A stretch of 64,000 nucleotides of DNA from Arsukibacterium tuosuense (GTDB taxonomy: Bacteria > Pseudomonadota > Gammaproteobacteria > Steroidobacterales > GCA-2729495). The position numbers and the translations under genes were made by a program. The stretch spans positions 10,775-74,774 of the forward strand of contig CAMBYH010000005.1 of assembly GCA_945872065.1 (NCBI GenBank), given 5' to 3'. The notes under the pieces are model-generated. The model searched no databases. It was given only the letters and a program-made list of their open reading frames with translations, and was not told the DNA's origin. Numbering within the stretch: position 1 is the first letter of the stretch; each line of letters opens with the position of its first letter. Below are positions 17,671 through 26,216 of this stretch, in pieces.

Positions 17671-19584
17671 ATGCTGCTTGCCCGGTGGGGCTTCATTCTG
17701 CGGCGCCTTGGCCTCGTGATGCTTCTCTACAGCGTCCTGCGCTGCCTGTTTTTCGGCTTCAACCAGTTACTCTACGGCGAGGCAACCGTCGGGGAAGTCG
17801 CCCGGGCATTTCTCTACGGCCTCCGGTTCGATCTGTCGGCGACGGTCGCAACCAATGCCATTTTTCTGCTTCTGTGCCTGCTGCCCCGGCAGCAGCCCAT
17901 GGGTGCTGGCTATCTGCGGCTCCTGAAGACGGTGTTCCTGGTCCTGAACATTCCGTTTCTGGTGATCAATGCCGTAGACCTGGAATACTTCAGTTTCAAC
18001 GGCAGGCGCTCCACCCTGGACCTGCTCAGCCTGGCTGGGGACGCGGGGGTCAAGTGGCTGGGACTGATCACCACCTACTGGCCCGTACTGCTGATCAGCA
18101 CACTGCTCGGTGCCGCACTCTGGCTGTTCTACGGCCGAACCAGTGCAGCCACCTCCGCGCCCGCTCCCCGGCCCCGGCTGGGGCTGGCCACCTGGGCCAC
18201 GAACCTTATCGTCGGTATCGCTCTGGCAGTCGTGGCGGTCCGCGGTGGCCTCCAGTCCAAGCCCATCAGCTCGGCGGATGCCGCCTCCCTCGGACGAAGC
18301 GAACTGGCTCAGCTGGCACTCAATTCTTCGCTGACCGTGATCAGGAGCTACAAGAAATCGCCACTCAAGCGTTACAGATACGTGGAACCGGCGGCGCTGC
18401 TGCCCTACCTCCGCAACCAGATCGACGGCCAAAAACTGATCCCGGATGTCCCCCGGACCGACAACGTCGTCATTCTGATTCTGGAGAGCTTCTCCGCAGA
18501 GTACTGGGGTGCAGGCAATGGGGGCGGTCGCTATACGCCGTTTCTCGACTCACTGGCCAGTCAGTCCCTGTTCCTGCCTCAGCACTACGCGAATGGCCGG
18601 CGATCCCGGGATGCGGTGCCCGCCATACTGGCCGGACTGCCGGCACTGATGACCGATTCGGTGCTCGATTCGCTCTATGCCGCCAACGACATCGTCGGCC
18701 TGGGGACTCTGCTGGCGCCACGGGGCTACACCACAAGTTTCTTTCACGGCGCGACGACGGGCACCATGCACTTCGATACGTTCACGCGGATTGCCGGCAT
18801 CAACCACTACTTTGGCCTGGAAGACTATCCGGATCCGCAGGACTTCGACGGGCGCTGGGGAGTCTTCGACGAGCCCTATCTGCAATACGTGTCCCGGGAA
18901 CTGAGCCAGCAGAAACCGCCCTTCGCCGCAGTCATCTTTACGGTGACCTCCCACAACCCCTACCCCATCCCTGAAAAGCATCGGGGCAGGTTCAGCAAGG
19001 GCACCCTGCCGATTCACGAGACGATTGGCTACACGGACCATGCACTCGAGCAGTTTTTCGCCACGGCAAGCAAGCAGCCCTGGTTCGCCAACACGCTCTT
19101 CATCATTACCGGCGACCATACCGAGACACTGGAAACACCTGACTATGTGAATGCGCTGGGTCAATACCGGGTCCCCCTGCTGGTCTACAAACCCGGCGTG
19201 ACGTTTTCGGGGGTCGATCCCAACCGGGTGACCGAGCACGCGGACATCCTGCCGTCGGTTCTCGATTATCTCGGGATCGAACCCGGGCGCCGCCTGCTCT
19301 TTGGCAAGTCCATTTTTCGCTCCGGGGAAGGGCGTGCGTTCCTGAACGCCAATGGCCACTACTGGCTGGTCCGCGGTGACGATGCCCTCGAGTTCGTGCC
19401 GGGCAGCCTGAGCCAGACGTTCCGTCTCGACACGGACCGGCAGCTGAAAGCACCCGGCAAAGCTGAGACACCCCGCCGGGCGGAACTGGAACTGGAGGCC
19501 AAGGCCCTCATTCAGTACTACAACGACGGCGTCATGGACAACCGGCTCTATGACACGGGGCTGGCGAGACCTCAGGCACCCTGA
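17671..19584 (+). CDS. LtaS/OpgB-type (sulfatase-superfamily) membrane phospho-alcohol transferase
   Basis: ~5 N-terminal TM helices plus an extracytoplasmic alkaline-phosphatase-like domain. Metal/nucleophile motifs VVILILESFS, FFHGATTGTMHFDTF and FIITGDHTE. Confidence 0.85.
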   Translation: MLLARWGFILRRLGLVMLLYSVLRCLFFGFNQLLYGEATVGEVARAFLYGLRFDLSATVATNAIFLLLCLLPRQQPMGAGYLRLLKTVFLVLNIPFLVINAVDLEYFSFNGRRSTLDLLSLAGDAGVKWLGLITTYWPVLLISTLLGAALWLFYGRTSAATSAPAPRPRLGLATWATNLIVGIALAVVAVRGGLQSKPISSADAASLGRSELAQLALNSSLTVIRSYKKSPLKRYRYVEPAALLPYLRNQIDGQKLIPDVPRTDNVVILILESFSAEYWGAGNGGGRYTPFLDSLASQSLFLPQHYANGRRSRDAVPAILAGLPALMTDSVLDSLYAANDIVGLGTLLAPRGYTTSFFHGATTGTMHFDTFTRIAGINHYFGLEDYPDPQDFDGRWGVFDEPYLQYVSRELSQQKPPFAAVIFTVTSHNPYPIPEKHRGRFSKGTLPIHETIGYTDHALEQFFATASKQPWFANTLFIITGDHTETLETPDYVNALGQYRVPLLVYKPGVTFSGVDPNRVTEHADILPSVLDYLGIEPGRRLLFGKSIFRSGEGRAFLNANGHYWLVRGDDALEFVPGSLSQTFRLDTDRQLKAPGKAETPRRAELELEAKALIQYYNDGVMDNRLYDTGLARPQAP

Positions 19585-20624
19585 CCAGCACCGGGAGTCT
19601 GGCCTGAACCCTGCGCCTGGGAATCGTCCCGGTTGCTGGGACTGCGGCCCGTCCAGCGCCGGTAGGCCCGGGAAAAGTTGCTCTGATCCGAGAAGCCCAG
19701 CAGGTAGGCAATTTCGGCCTGGCTAAAGCGGGCTTCCCGGAGGTAAGCGTCCGCCAGGCTTCTGCGGGTCGCGTCGAGGACGCTGCGATAGTTGAGGCCC
19801 TCGGACTGGAGCTGCCGCTGCAGGGTGCTGAGGCTGCAGTTGAGACGGGCGGCCACGGTCTCCTGGCCCACCTCACCGGTGGGCAAGAGGTCACGCAGGA
19901 TGCGCCGCACCCGGGTCGCGACGGGCTGCGGCTGTAAATCAGCTATGTAACGCTCCGCCAGTTGATCCATGAGGACGGATACATCGGGATTGTCCGTCGG
20001 CAGGACCGCCTCGGCAGTGGCGGTATCGAGCCGCAGGCCGTTCGTTGCTGCATCGAACTCTACGGGGACACCGAACGCGGCCTGGTAGACCGCAGTGGTG
20101 GCGCGGCACGGATGCCGGAGGGACACGCCACGCGGCCTTACGGGATGCCCCGCTGCCCGCTCAGCGAGGGTCAACAGGCCCATCAGGCTCGCGTCGATCC
20201 CCGCGTCGTGGGGCTGCTGGGCAGGATCGGGAAACGCCGCCGTGAACCGGCAGCCCGCGCTGGATGACATAACGCCCGCCGCGATGGGCAGCGTACTGAG
20301 GACCTTTACGTACCTGCAGTAGCGTTGCAGCGCTTCTGCCAGCGTGCGACTGCTCATCCACGCGTATCCCAGTGCGTGCAGGCCCTCGGGCCGGACCCGC
20401 CGTCCGACTTTCAGCCCCAGCGCCGGGTCCCCGGTGGCTGCCACTGCCCCCTCCCAGAGCCGCCGTGCGGCGCCTTGGGAAACCCGCGCGCCCGACTGGC
20501 GCGTGCGGTCCAGGGGCACCCCCGCGTCTGCAAACAGGGGGCCTGGATCTTTCTCGTAGTCCTCATCCAGCACCTCCGCCAGATAGCGCAGGGCCGTCGC
20601 CAGGTTTGTGGCTTCCAGGAGCAT
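19572..20624 (-). CDS. AraC-family transcriptional regulator (N-terminal AraC-binding-like domain)
   Basis: C-terminal dual HTH (LSTLQRQLQSEGLNYRSVLD...IAYLLGFSDQSNFSRAYRRWTGRSP). Start is the internal ATG at 20624. The 3' end overlaps the LtaS-like gene by 13 nt (convergent). Confidence 0.85.
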   Translation of the reverse strand: MLLEATNLATALRYLAEVLDEDYEKDPGPLFADAGVPLDRTRQSGARVSQGAARRLWEGAVAATGDPALGLKVGRRVRPEGLHALGYAWMSSRTLAEALQRYCRYVKVLSTLPIAAGVMSSSAGCRFTAAFPDPAQQPHDAGIDASLMGLLTLAERAAGHPVRPRGVSLRHPCRATTAVYQAAFGVPVEFDAATNGLRLDTATAEAVLPTDNPDVSVLMDQLAERYIADLQPQPVATRVRRILRDLLPTGEVGQETVAARLNCSLSTLQRQLQSEGLNYRSVLDATRRSLADAYLREARFSQAEIAYLLGFSDQSNFSRAYRRWTGRSPSNRDDSQAQGSGQTPGAGQGA

Positions 20625-20726
20625 GGTCGTAGGCCATTGAATACAGGCTGACCTGAAATGACAAGCCGGGGCACCCCACGGGCCGTTAGGGTGCGCGCCA
20701 TTAAGATGAATGCGCTGGGCGGCACC

Positions 20727-21050
20727 ATGTCTCTGGTGGAAGCGGTGGATCGGGTGACCCGGGCAGTGCATATCGGTGCGCGCCTCCCCGGCTCGAAGCG
20801 GCCAGCCCTCGATGCGCTAGACCGCTCCTACCTGGGCGGCTTTATCGGCGCCCTGGTTGACGCGCTGGACCTGGACGATGGCTTTGCAGAACTCGTGGTC
20901 TACGCCTACCTGCTGCAGGAGGGACTGGCCGCCGATGCCGCCCGGCTGTCCAAGGTGATCCTGGTGGTCCCGGAAGATGGCGAACTGCGCCAGGCATTTC
21001 TGCGCGGGAGGGCGGAAGCCAGGACGGTGGCCGAGGGACAATCGCCCTGA
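20727..21050 (+). CDS. hypothetical protein
   Basis: Strong GC3 bias consistent with coding. I recognise no motif. Alternative starts at 20658 and 20706. The stop lies 1 nt from the tRNA-Ser 3' end. Confidence 0.45.
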   Translation: MSLVEAVDRVTRAVHIGARLPGSKRPALDALDRSYLGGFIGALVDALDLDDGFAELVVYAYLLQEGLAADAARLSKVILVVPEDGELRQAFLRGRAEARTVAEGQSP

Positions 21051-21051
21051 G

Positions 21052-21142
21052 TGGCGGAGAGGGAGGGATTCGAACCCTCGTTACGGGGTTACCGTAAACA
21101 CGCTTTCCAAGCGTGCGCCTTCAGCCACTCGGCCACCTCTCC
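21052..21142 (-). tRNA. tRNA-Ser (anticodon GGA)
   Basis: The reverse complement GGAGAGGTGGCCGAGTGGCTGAAGGCGCACGCTTGGAAAGCGTGTTTACGGTAACCCCGTAACGAGGGTTCGAATCCCTCCCTCTCCGCCA folds as a class II cloverleaf with a long variable arm. Anticodon loop TTGGAAA; CCA is encoded. Confidence 0.93.
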
Positions 21143-21183
21143 ATTGTCTGTATGGTCGCTTATTTTGCTGGCTATCTGCGCGG

Positions 21184-21489
21184 TTATTGGGCCGGCGAAG
21201 GCCCAGGATCCCTGCGGAAGTAGTCTGGCGGCCTCGCCAGACAGGCAGCCCCGTCAACCTGGGCGTCAGCGACCTGCGGCGGGATCACATAGCCGGACCC
21301 CCGGCTGGGGGCCGCGAGCCCGTCGGGCGTAACCACCAGAGGCAGGCTGGTGGCCAGCTGGTACTCGGACACATCGTCACAGCGGGCGTCTGGGTTCTTG
21401 CCACCAAAACACCCTGTCAGTCCACCCACCAGGGCCGCCAGAATCATGGCGCGGCACCCGGCCGCTGCCTGCAGGTCTCTGACGGACAC
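21184..21489 (-). CDS. small lipoprotein downstream of dapA (possible minimal BamC-like)
   Basis: Lipobox LVGGLTGC after a hydrophobic stretch. Sits in the position of bamC/nlpB (downstream of dapA) but is only 87-101 aa. Start is GTG 21489 or ATG 21447. Confidence 0.55.
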   Translation of the reverse strand: MSVRDLQAAAGCRAMILAALVGGLTGCFGGKNPDARCDDVSEYQLATSLPLVVTPDGLAAPSRGSGYVIPPQVADAQVDGAACLARPPDYFRRDPGPSPAQ

Positions 21490-21492
21490 TGT

Positions 21493-22410
21493 CTAGGACT
21501 CCCCACCGGCTGCCGCCCGCGGCACGGTCGTGGCATCCAGCAGACCGGCCCGCCGCAGGGCCGCCTCAACGGTGGGCCTCGCGGCACCGCTGAGGGTCGT
21601 CAGCGGCAACCGTAACCCGCCCCCGATCAGGCCGAGGCGCTCCAGTGCCCACTTCACGGGAATCGGGTTGGACTCGATAAACAGATCCCGATGGAGATCC
21701 GCAAGACAGGCATCCAGCTCTGCGGCAAGCACGACATCGCCCTCCAGCGCCGCCTCACACATCCGGGCCATCAGGGCGGGTGCCACATTGGCCGTGACGG
21801 AGATGACGCCCTGACCACCCTGAAGAATGAACTCCCGGCAGGTCGCGTCGTCGCCGCTCAAGAGCAGGAAATCGTCCCCACACCCCTCGCGTAACGCAGT
21901 GAGACGACTCAGGTCGCCGGTGGCTTCCTTGATGCCAACGATCCCGGCGTGACCCGCCACGCGCGCCACCGTCGGGGGCAGCATATCGACGCCGGTCCGT
22001 CCCGGCACGTTGTAGAGGATTACCGGCCGGTCGACCGCATCGGCAATGGCCAGGTAGTGGCGGCAAAGTCCCTCCTGGGTCGGCTTGTTGTAGTAGGGGG
22101 TAACAACCAGATAGCCATCGATGGGGAAGCCAGCCACGGCCTGGGACAGGTCGATAGTCTGGGCCGTGGAATTGGAGCCGGTTCCCGCGACCACCGGGAT
22201 ACGTCCGCCCGCCCGCTCGGCCGCGACGCGAATGACCTCGATGTGCTCTGCCCTGCTTAACGTGGCCGACTCACCGGTGGTGCCGGCAATCACCAGAAAA
22301 TCCGCGCCCTCCTCAATGTGCCAGTCCACCAATCGCTGGAGGCACGGGAAGTCGACCGCCCCGTCCGCGGTCATGGGGGTCACCAGAGCGACACTGCTGC
22401 CTGAAAACAT
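21493..22410 (-). CDS. dapA: 4-hydroxy-tetrahydrodipicolinate synthase
   Basis: MFSGSSVALVTPM... GTTGESATL ... YNVPGRTG ... GIKEATGD. Start is ATG at 22410. Confidence 0.95.
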   Translation of the reverse strand: MFSGSSVALVTPMTADGAVDFPCLQRLVDWHIEEGADFLVIAGTTGESATLSRAEHIEVIRVAAERAGGRIPVVAGTGSNSTAQTIDLSQAVAGFPIDGYLVVTPYYNKPTQEGLCRHYLAIADAVDRPVILYNVPGRTGVDMLPPTVARVAGHAGIVGIKEATGDLSRLTALREGCGDDFLLLSGDDATCREFILQGGQGVISVTANVAPALMARMCEAALEGDVVLAAELDACLADLHRDLFIESNPIPVKWALERLGLIGGGLRLPLTTLSGAARPTVEAALRRAGLLDATTVPRAAAGGES

Positions 22411-22541
22411 CGAAGGGAACCGGACGGAGATCAGCCGCGAATGGTACTTCCCGACCCCCTGGGTCGCAAGGCCGAGGACTACGCAGAGAGGCGCTGAAAT
22501 GGGCTGCAACGCGCCCCGGGACTCGCTTGCTGGTGGTCGAA

Positions 22542-22567
22542 TTCCCGGTACACTTTCCCGGTACACT
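22542..22567. repeat. perfect 13-bp tandem direct repeat (TTCCCGGTACACT x2) in the dapA/gcvR divergent intergenic region
   Basis: Read directly: 22542-22554 is identical to 22555-22567. Lies 35 nt upstream of the gcvR ATG. Confidence 0.9.
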
Positions 22568-22601
22568 GGCCCTCGTTCAGCAACCTTCCCAGATCGAATT
22601 C

Positions 22602-23129
22602 ATGGAAAAGCTACTCGCGGTCACCGCCATCGGCCCGGACCGCGCCGGTGTGGTTCGCGACCTGAGCCAGGCCGTGACCTCCGCCGGAGGCAGCATTCGG
22701 GAGAGCCGGATGATTGCTCTCGGCTCCGAGTTTGCTGTGCTGATGCTGGTGTCCGGCAACTGGCACACGGTGACGAAACTCCAGAGCTCTTTTCAGGCAT
22801 TGCAGCAACAGTCCGGCCTGATCGTTACGGTCCGGGAAACGCGCCCCCGACCGGTTGAAACGGCTGCTCCCTACCTCGTGGATGTGGTCACACTGGACCA
22901 CGACGGCATCGTGTTCGGCCTGTCGAACTTTTTCGCGTCCCGTGGACTCGAAATCGCTGAGGTCAGCACGCGCCGCTACAATGCGGCTCACACCGGTTCA
23001 CTCATGTTCGGCGTACAGATGACAGTCAACGTCCCGGGAACCGCCCATGTGGCGACGCTGCGGGACGAGTTTCTCGAGTACTGCGATGAACAGAACCTGG
23101 ACGCCGTCATCGAACCGGCACAACGCTGA
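22602..23129 (+). CDS. gcvR: glycine cleavage system transcriptional repressor (tandem ACT domains)
   Basis: LLAVTAIGPDRAGVVRDLSQAV...GSEFAVLMLVSGNW resembles E. coli GcvR. Conserved dapA<->gcvR-bcp synteny. Confidence 0.85.
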   Translation: MEKLLAVTAIGPDRAGVVRDLSQAVTSAGGSIRESRMIALGSEFAVLMLVSGNWHTVTKLQSSFQALQQQSGLIVTVRETRPRPVETAAPYLVDVVTLDHDGIVFGLSNFFASRGLEIAEVSTRRYNAAHTGSLMFGVQMTVNVPGTAHVATLRDEFLEYCDEQNLDAVIEPAQR

Positions 23130-23144
23130 GGAGCTATCGAGACC

Positions 23145-23612
23145 ATGAGCACCGTCAGCCTGGGCAAAGCGGTCCCGAACTTCAGCCTGCCGTCCACCGG
23201 CGACAAGACGGTGGATCTCAAGAGCCTCCGCGGCAGCAAGGTAGTCATCTACTTCTACCCCAGGGACAGCACCCCCGGCTGCACTACCGAAGGCTGTGAC
23301 TTTGCCAGTCTCCACGCCAGGTTTCGCCGCTTGCAGACCGTGATTCTCGGTGTCTCCCGGGACTCCCTGGCCTCCCATGAGAAATTCAAGGCGAAGTTCG
23401 AATTCCCCTTTGACCTGCTCTCCGACGGGGACGAGACCCTGTGCCGGCTGTTTGATGTCATCCGGGAGAAGAACATGTACGGCAAGAAGGTGATGGGCGT
23501 GGAGCGCAGCACCTTTCTGATCGACGCCGAGGGCAAGCTGCGCGGGGAATGGCGCAAAGTCAGCGTGAAGGGCCATGCCGCCCTGCTGCTGGCGGCAGTC
23601 GAAGCGCTCTGA
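23145..23612 (+). CDS. bcp: thioredoxin-dependent peroxiredoxin Bcp/PrxQ
   Basis: VVIYFYPRDSTPGCTTE peroxidatic Cys motif; 155 aa. GAGGAG RBS upstream. Confidence 0.93.
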   Translation: MSTVSLGKAVPNFSLPSTGDKTVDLKSLRGSKVVIYFYPRDSTPGCTTEGCDFASLHARFRRLQTVILGVSRDSLASHEKFKAKFEFPFDLLSDGDETLCRLFDVIREKNMYGKKVMGVERSTFLIDAEGKLRGEWRKVSVKGHAALLLAAVEAL

Positions 23613-23629
23613 GATCTCCCGGCGGAACC

Positions 23630-25111
23630 ATGCGACGCGTTATTGCCCTGGTAGCAACCCTGTCCCTGCTCGTGCCTCCAGCGGTACCCGCGGCAGCCGG
23701 TGACGACCTCCCGGATATCGGCAGCCCCAGCAATTCGGTTCTCTCCCGCGAGAAGGAGCAGCAGATCGGCCGGTCGATATTCCGCAGCCTGGTCGATACC
23801 GACCGGGTGATGGAAGACCCCGAGGTCCAGGAGTACGTGCAGGATGTGGGGCTGAAACTCGCCTCCCAGGCGCAAGATGGCGATTTTCGCTTTACCTTTT
23901 TTGTCGTTAACGATCCCGCCATCAATGCCTTTGCCCTTCCCGGGGGCTACATCGGCGTGCACTCCGGTCTGATTCTGGCCACCAAGACAGAAAGTGAACT
24001 GGCGGGCGTACTGGCCCATGAGATCTCCCACGTCACCCAAAGGCACATTTCCCGGGCTGTATTTGCCAACCAGCGCAGCAGTATTCTCACCATGGCCGCC
24101 ATGCTCGGGGCCATTCTGCTGGGCGCCATAGGCGGCAGCCCCGATGTCATTACTGGCGCCATCGCCACGGCCCAGGGTGTTTCTGCCCAGCAACAGATCA
24201 ACTTCACCCGGGCCAATGAATATGAGGCCGACCGGGTAGGCGTTGGCGTGCTGGCTGCAGGCGGTTTCGACCCCATGGGCATGCCCGCCTTCTTCGAGAC
24301 CCTGGCGCGTCAGTCGGGCCCCCTGGCTAGCCAGGCTCCCGAGTTCCTGCGCACCCACCCCGTCACGGTGAATCGCATTGCCGAAACCCGGGAGCGGGCG
24401 GCCAGCTACCCGCGTCCCGACGTGCAGGACGCGGACGGCTATGCCGTGACCCGCGCCCGGATTCGCGTCCTGTCCAGCCCCACTCCGGAGAAGGCCCTGG
24501 AGTTTTTCGTGGGTCAGCAGAAGGTGCCGAGATCCGCGGGGGACATCGGCACGGAATATGGTATTGCCCTGGTCCGGATGGAACTGGGCCAGTACAGGGA
24601 GGCCCGCGCCCTGTTCCAGGGCCTGCTGGCCACTAATCCGGGTGTGATTCCCTTCCACACCGGCCTCGCTGGGGCAGAACTTGCGCTTGGCAACCGGGAC
24701 GCGGCCTTCGGCATCTACGAGCAGGCCATGGAACTTTTCCCCCGCAATACGCCGCTCACCGTGCGCTACGCCGAGGCACTCCTGGCGGCGGGCAAGGGCA
24801 AGCAGGCGCATACCATTCTTCTCGACCTGCTGAACAATGTGCCCCCCACAGTCGAGCAGGTACGATTGATTGCCCTGGCAGCCAGCGCTGCTGGCGATAC
24901 AGCTGACGCCTACTACTACATGGCAGAACTGCACCTTCTGAAAGGTGACGTAATCATGGCCGCCGATCAGTTGCGGGTCGCACTGTCGACGCCGGGCCTG
25001 GACGCCGTACAGAAAGCCCGCTTTACTTCCCGCCTGGCGGAGATCCAGGAGTGGCTGGATCGGGAACAACGAGCCCGGCGCCAGCAGACCTCAACCGGCA
25101 AACAGCAGTGA
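23630..25111 (+). CDS. bepA: M48 metalloprotease with TPR domain (BepA/YfgC-like)
   Basis: Signal peptide, HEISHV zinc motif plus downstream E, and C-terminal TPR repeats. Start is ATG at 23630. Confidence 0.88.
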   Translation: MRRVIALVATLSLLVPPAVPAAAGDDLPDIGSPSNSVLSREKEQQIGRSIFRSLVDTDRVMEDPEVQEYVQDVGLKLASQAQDGDFRFTFFVVNDPAINAFALPGGYIGVHSGLILATKTESELAGVLAHEISHVTQRHISRAVFANQRSSILTMAAMLGAILLGAIGGSPDVITGAIATAQGVSAQQQINFTRANEYEADRVGVGVLAAGGFDPMGMPAFFETLARQSGPLASQAPEFLRTHPVTVNRIAETRERAASYPRPDVQDADGYAVTRARIRVLSSPTPEKALEFFVGQQKVPRSAGDIGTEYGIALVRMELGQYREARALFQGLLATNPGVIPFHTGLAGAELALGNRDAAFGIYEQAMELFPRNTPLTVRYAEALLAAGKGKQAHTILLDLLNNVPPTVEQVRLIALAASAAGDTADAYYYMAELHLLKGDVIMAADQLRVALSTPGLDAVQKARFTSRLAEIQEWLDREQRARRQQTSTGKQQ

Positions 25112-25122
25112 AGGAATCCGGC

Positions 25123-25905
25123 ATGACGACACTGGGGAGGATCCTGGTGGCCGGTAGCCTTGCCCTGGCAGTTTCCGGTTGCGCCAGTCAGAGCGCCGCA
25201 ACGTCAGCCGAAGCTTACGATCCGCTACAGCCTGTGAATCGGGTGTTTTACCGTGTCAACGACCTGGGCGACCGGTACATTCTTCGCCCAGTAGCGGTGG
25301 GTTACTCCCGAGCCCTGCCGGCGCAGGTCAGGACCGGGGTGCGCAATTTCTTCAGCAACCTGCTCTACCCGGTGACCATCGCCAACGCCTTCCTGCAGGG
25401 CAAGTTCCAGCAGTCAGGCCGGGACGGAGCGCGATTTCTGCTCAACTCCACCGTCGGTCTTGGCGGCCTGTTTGATCCCGCCAGCCGGGTCGGCCTCACG
25501 GAGAACGATGAGGACTTTGGCCAGACGCTGGCGGTGTGGGGCGTCGGCGATGGGCCTTACCTGGTCATCCCGATATTCGGGCCAAGCACCGTTCGCAACG
25601 CCGTTGGGGACATAGTGGACGCGCCACTCACTCCATTCCTCAACTTCACTGACGGGGATCTGGGCTGGAGGCTGGGAGCCTGGGCCATCTACCAGGTAGA
25701 CGGGCGTTCGGGCCTCCTCGATGCGGACGACCAGGTCTTCGAGGCGTACGACCCCTACATTTTCGTCAGGGACGCTTATCTACAGAACCGTCTATACCGG
25801 TCCCTGGACGGCAACGTCCCGGAGGATGACTCCTACCTGGATGATTCGGAATTCGATGATCCCGAAGACTATGCCCCGGAAACGGCAGAGCCAGCCGGGG
25901 AGTAG
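25123..25905 (+). CDS. mlaA: phospholipid-binding lipoprotein MlaA/VacJ
   Basis: Lipobox LAVSGC, then YDPLQPVNRVFYRVND...NLLYPV...NSTVGLGGLFDPA. Confidence 0.9.
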   Translation: MTTLGRILVAGSLALAVSGCASQSAATSAEAYDPLQPVNRVFYRVNDLGDRYILRPVAVGYSRALPAQVRTGVRNFFSNLLYPVTIANAFLQGKFQQSGRDGARFLLNSTVGLGGLFDPASRVGLTENDEDFGQTLAVWGVGDGPYLVIPIFGPSTVRNAVGDIVDAPLTPFLNFTDGDLGWRLGAWAIYQVDGRSGLLDADDQVFEAYDPYIFVRDAYLQNRLYRSLDGNVPEDDSYLDDSEFDDPEDYAPETAEPAGE

Positions 25906-26216
25906 GAGTCGGTCAGTATCGCCTCAACACCACTCAGACGGGCAATGGCCAGCAACTTGGCAGGCATCCCCTGAAACGTGACGGCGCACTGCTGCGCCCG
26001 ACCCTGACAAAGCCACTCCAGCAGCAAGGCCAGGCAGGCGCTGTCCACGCTGGTGACCTCCCGCAAATCAACGGTTACGGCCTTCTGACCAGCAAACAGC
26101 GACTTACCGGACTCGAGCAACCCACCCGCAGTGGCAAACGTCACCGGGCCCCGGACGGCGATTTGCCCGGCTCCCAACGACGCAAGGGAAGAAGCCATCA
26201 GGTGTGCCCCGGTCAC
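25869..26216 (-). CDS. mlaB: STAS-domain protein MlaB
   Basis: ~110 aa STAS fold (VDLREVTSVDSACLALLLEW). Last gene of mlaFEDCB. Start is GTG 26216 (overlapping the mlaC stop) or ATG 26198. The 3' end overlaps convergent mlaA by 37 nt. Confidence 0.75.
   Translation of the reverse strand: MTGAHLMASSLASLGAGQIAVRGPVTFATAGGLLESGKSLFAGQKAVTVDLREVTSVDSACLALLLEWLCQGRAQQCAVTFQGMPAKLLAIARLSGVEAILTDSYSPAGSAVSGA

Noticed and set aside
14000-21142. Possibility that the MBOAT/ligase/ACP/LtaS cluster, AraC and the hypothetical ORF form a genomic island integrated at the 3' end of tRNA-Ser.
   Set aside because: There is no integrase, transposase or mobility gene. I could not find a direct repeat of the tRNA 3' segment near 14 kb. 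By eye, GC content and GC3 bias match the flanking core genes. A computed GC-skew/k-mer profile and comparison with related genomes would settle it.
25869-25905. Convergent 3'-end overlaps (mlaB/mlaA 37 nt; also corB-like/radA 32 nt at 48812-48843 and rsgA/recR 4 nt).
   Set aside because: Such overlaps are common in compact GC-rich genomes. They may simply reflect late stop codons, and nothing indicates a functional antisense mechanism.
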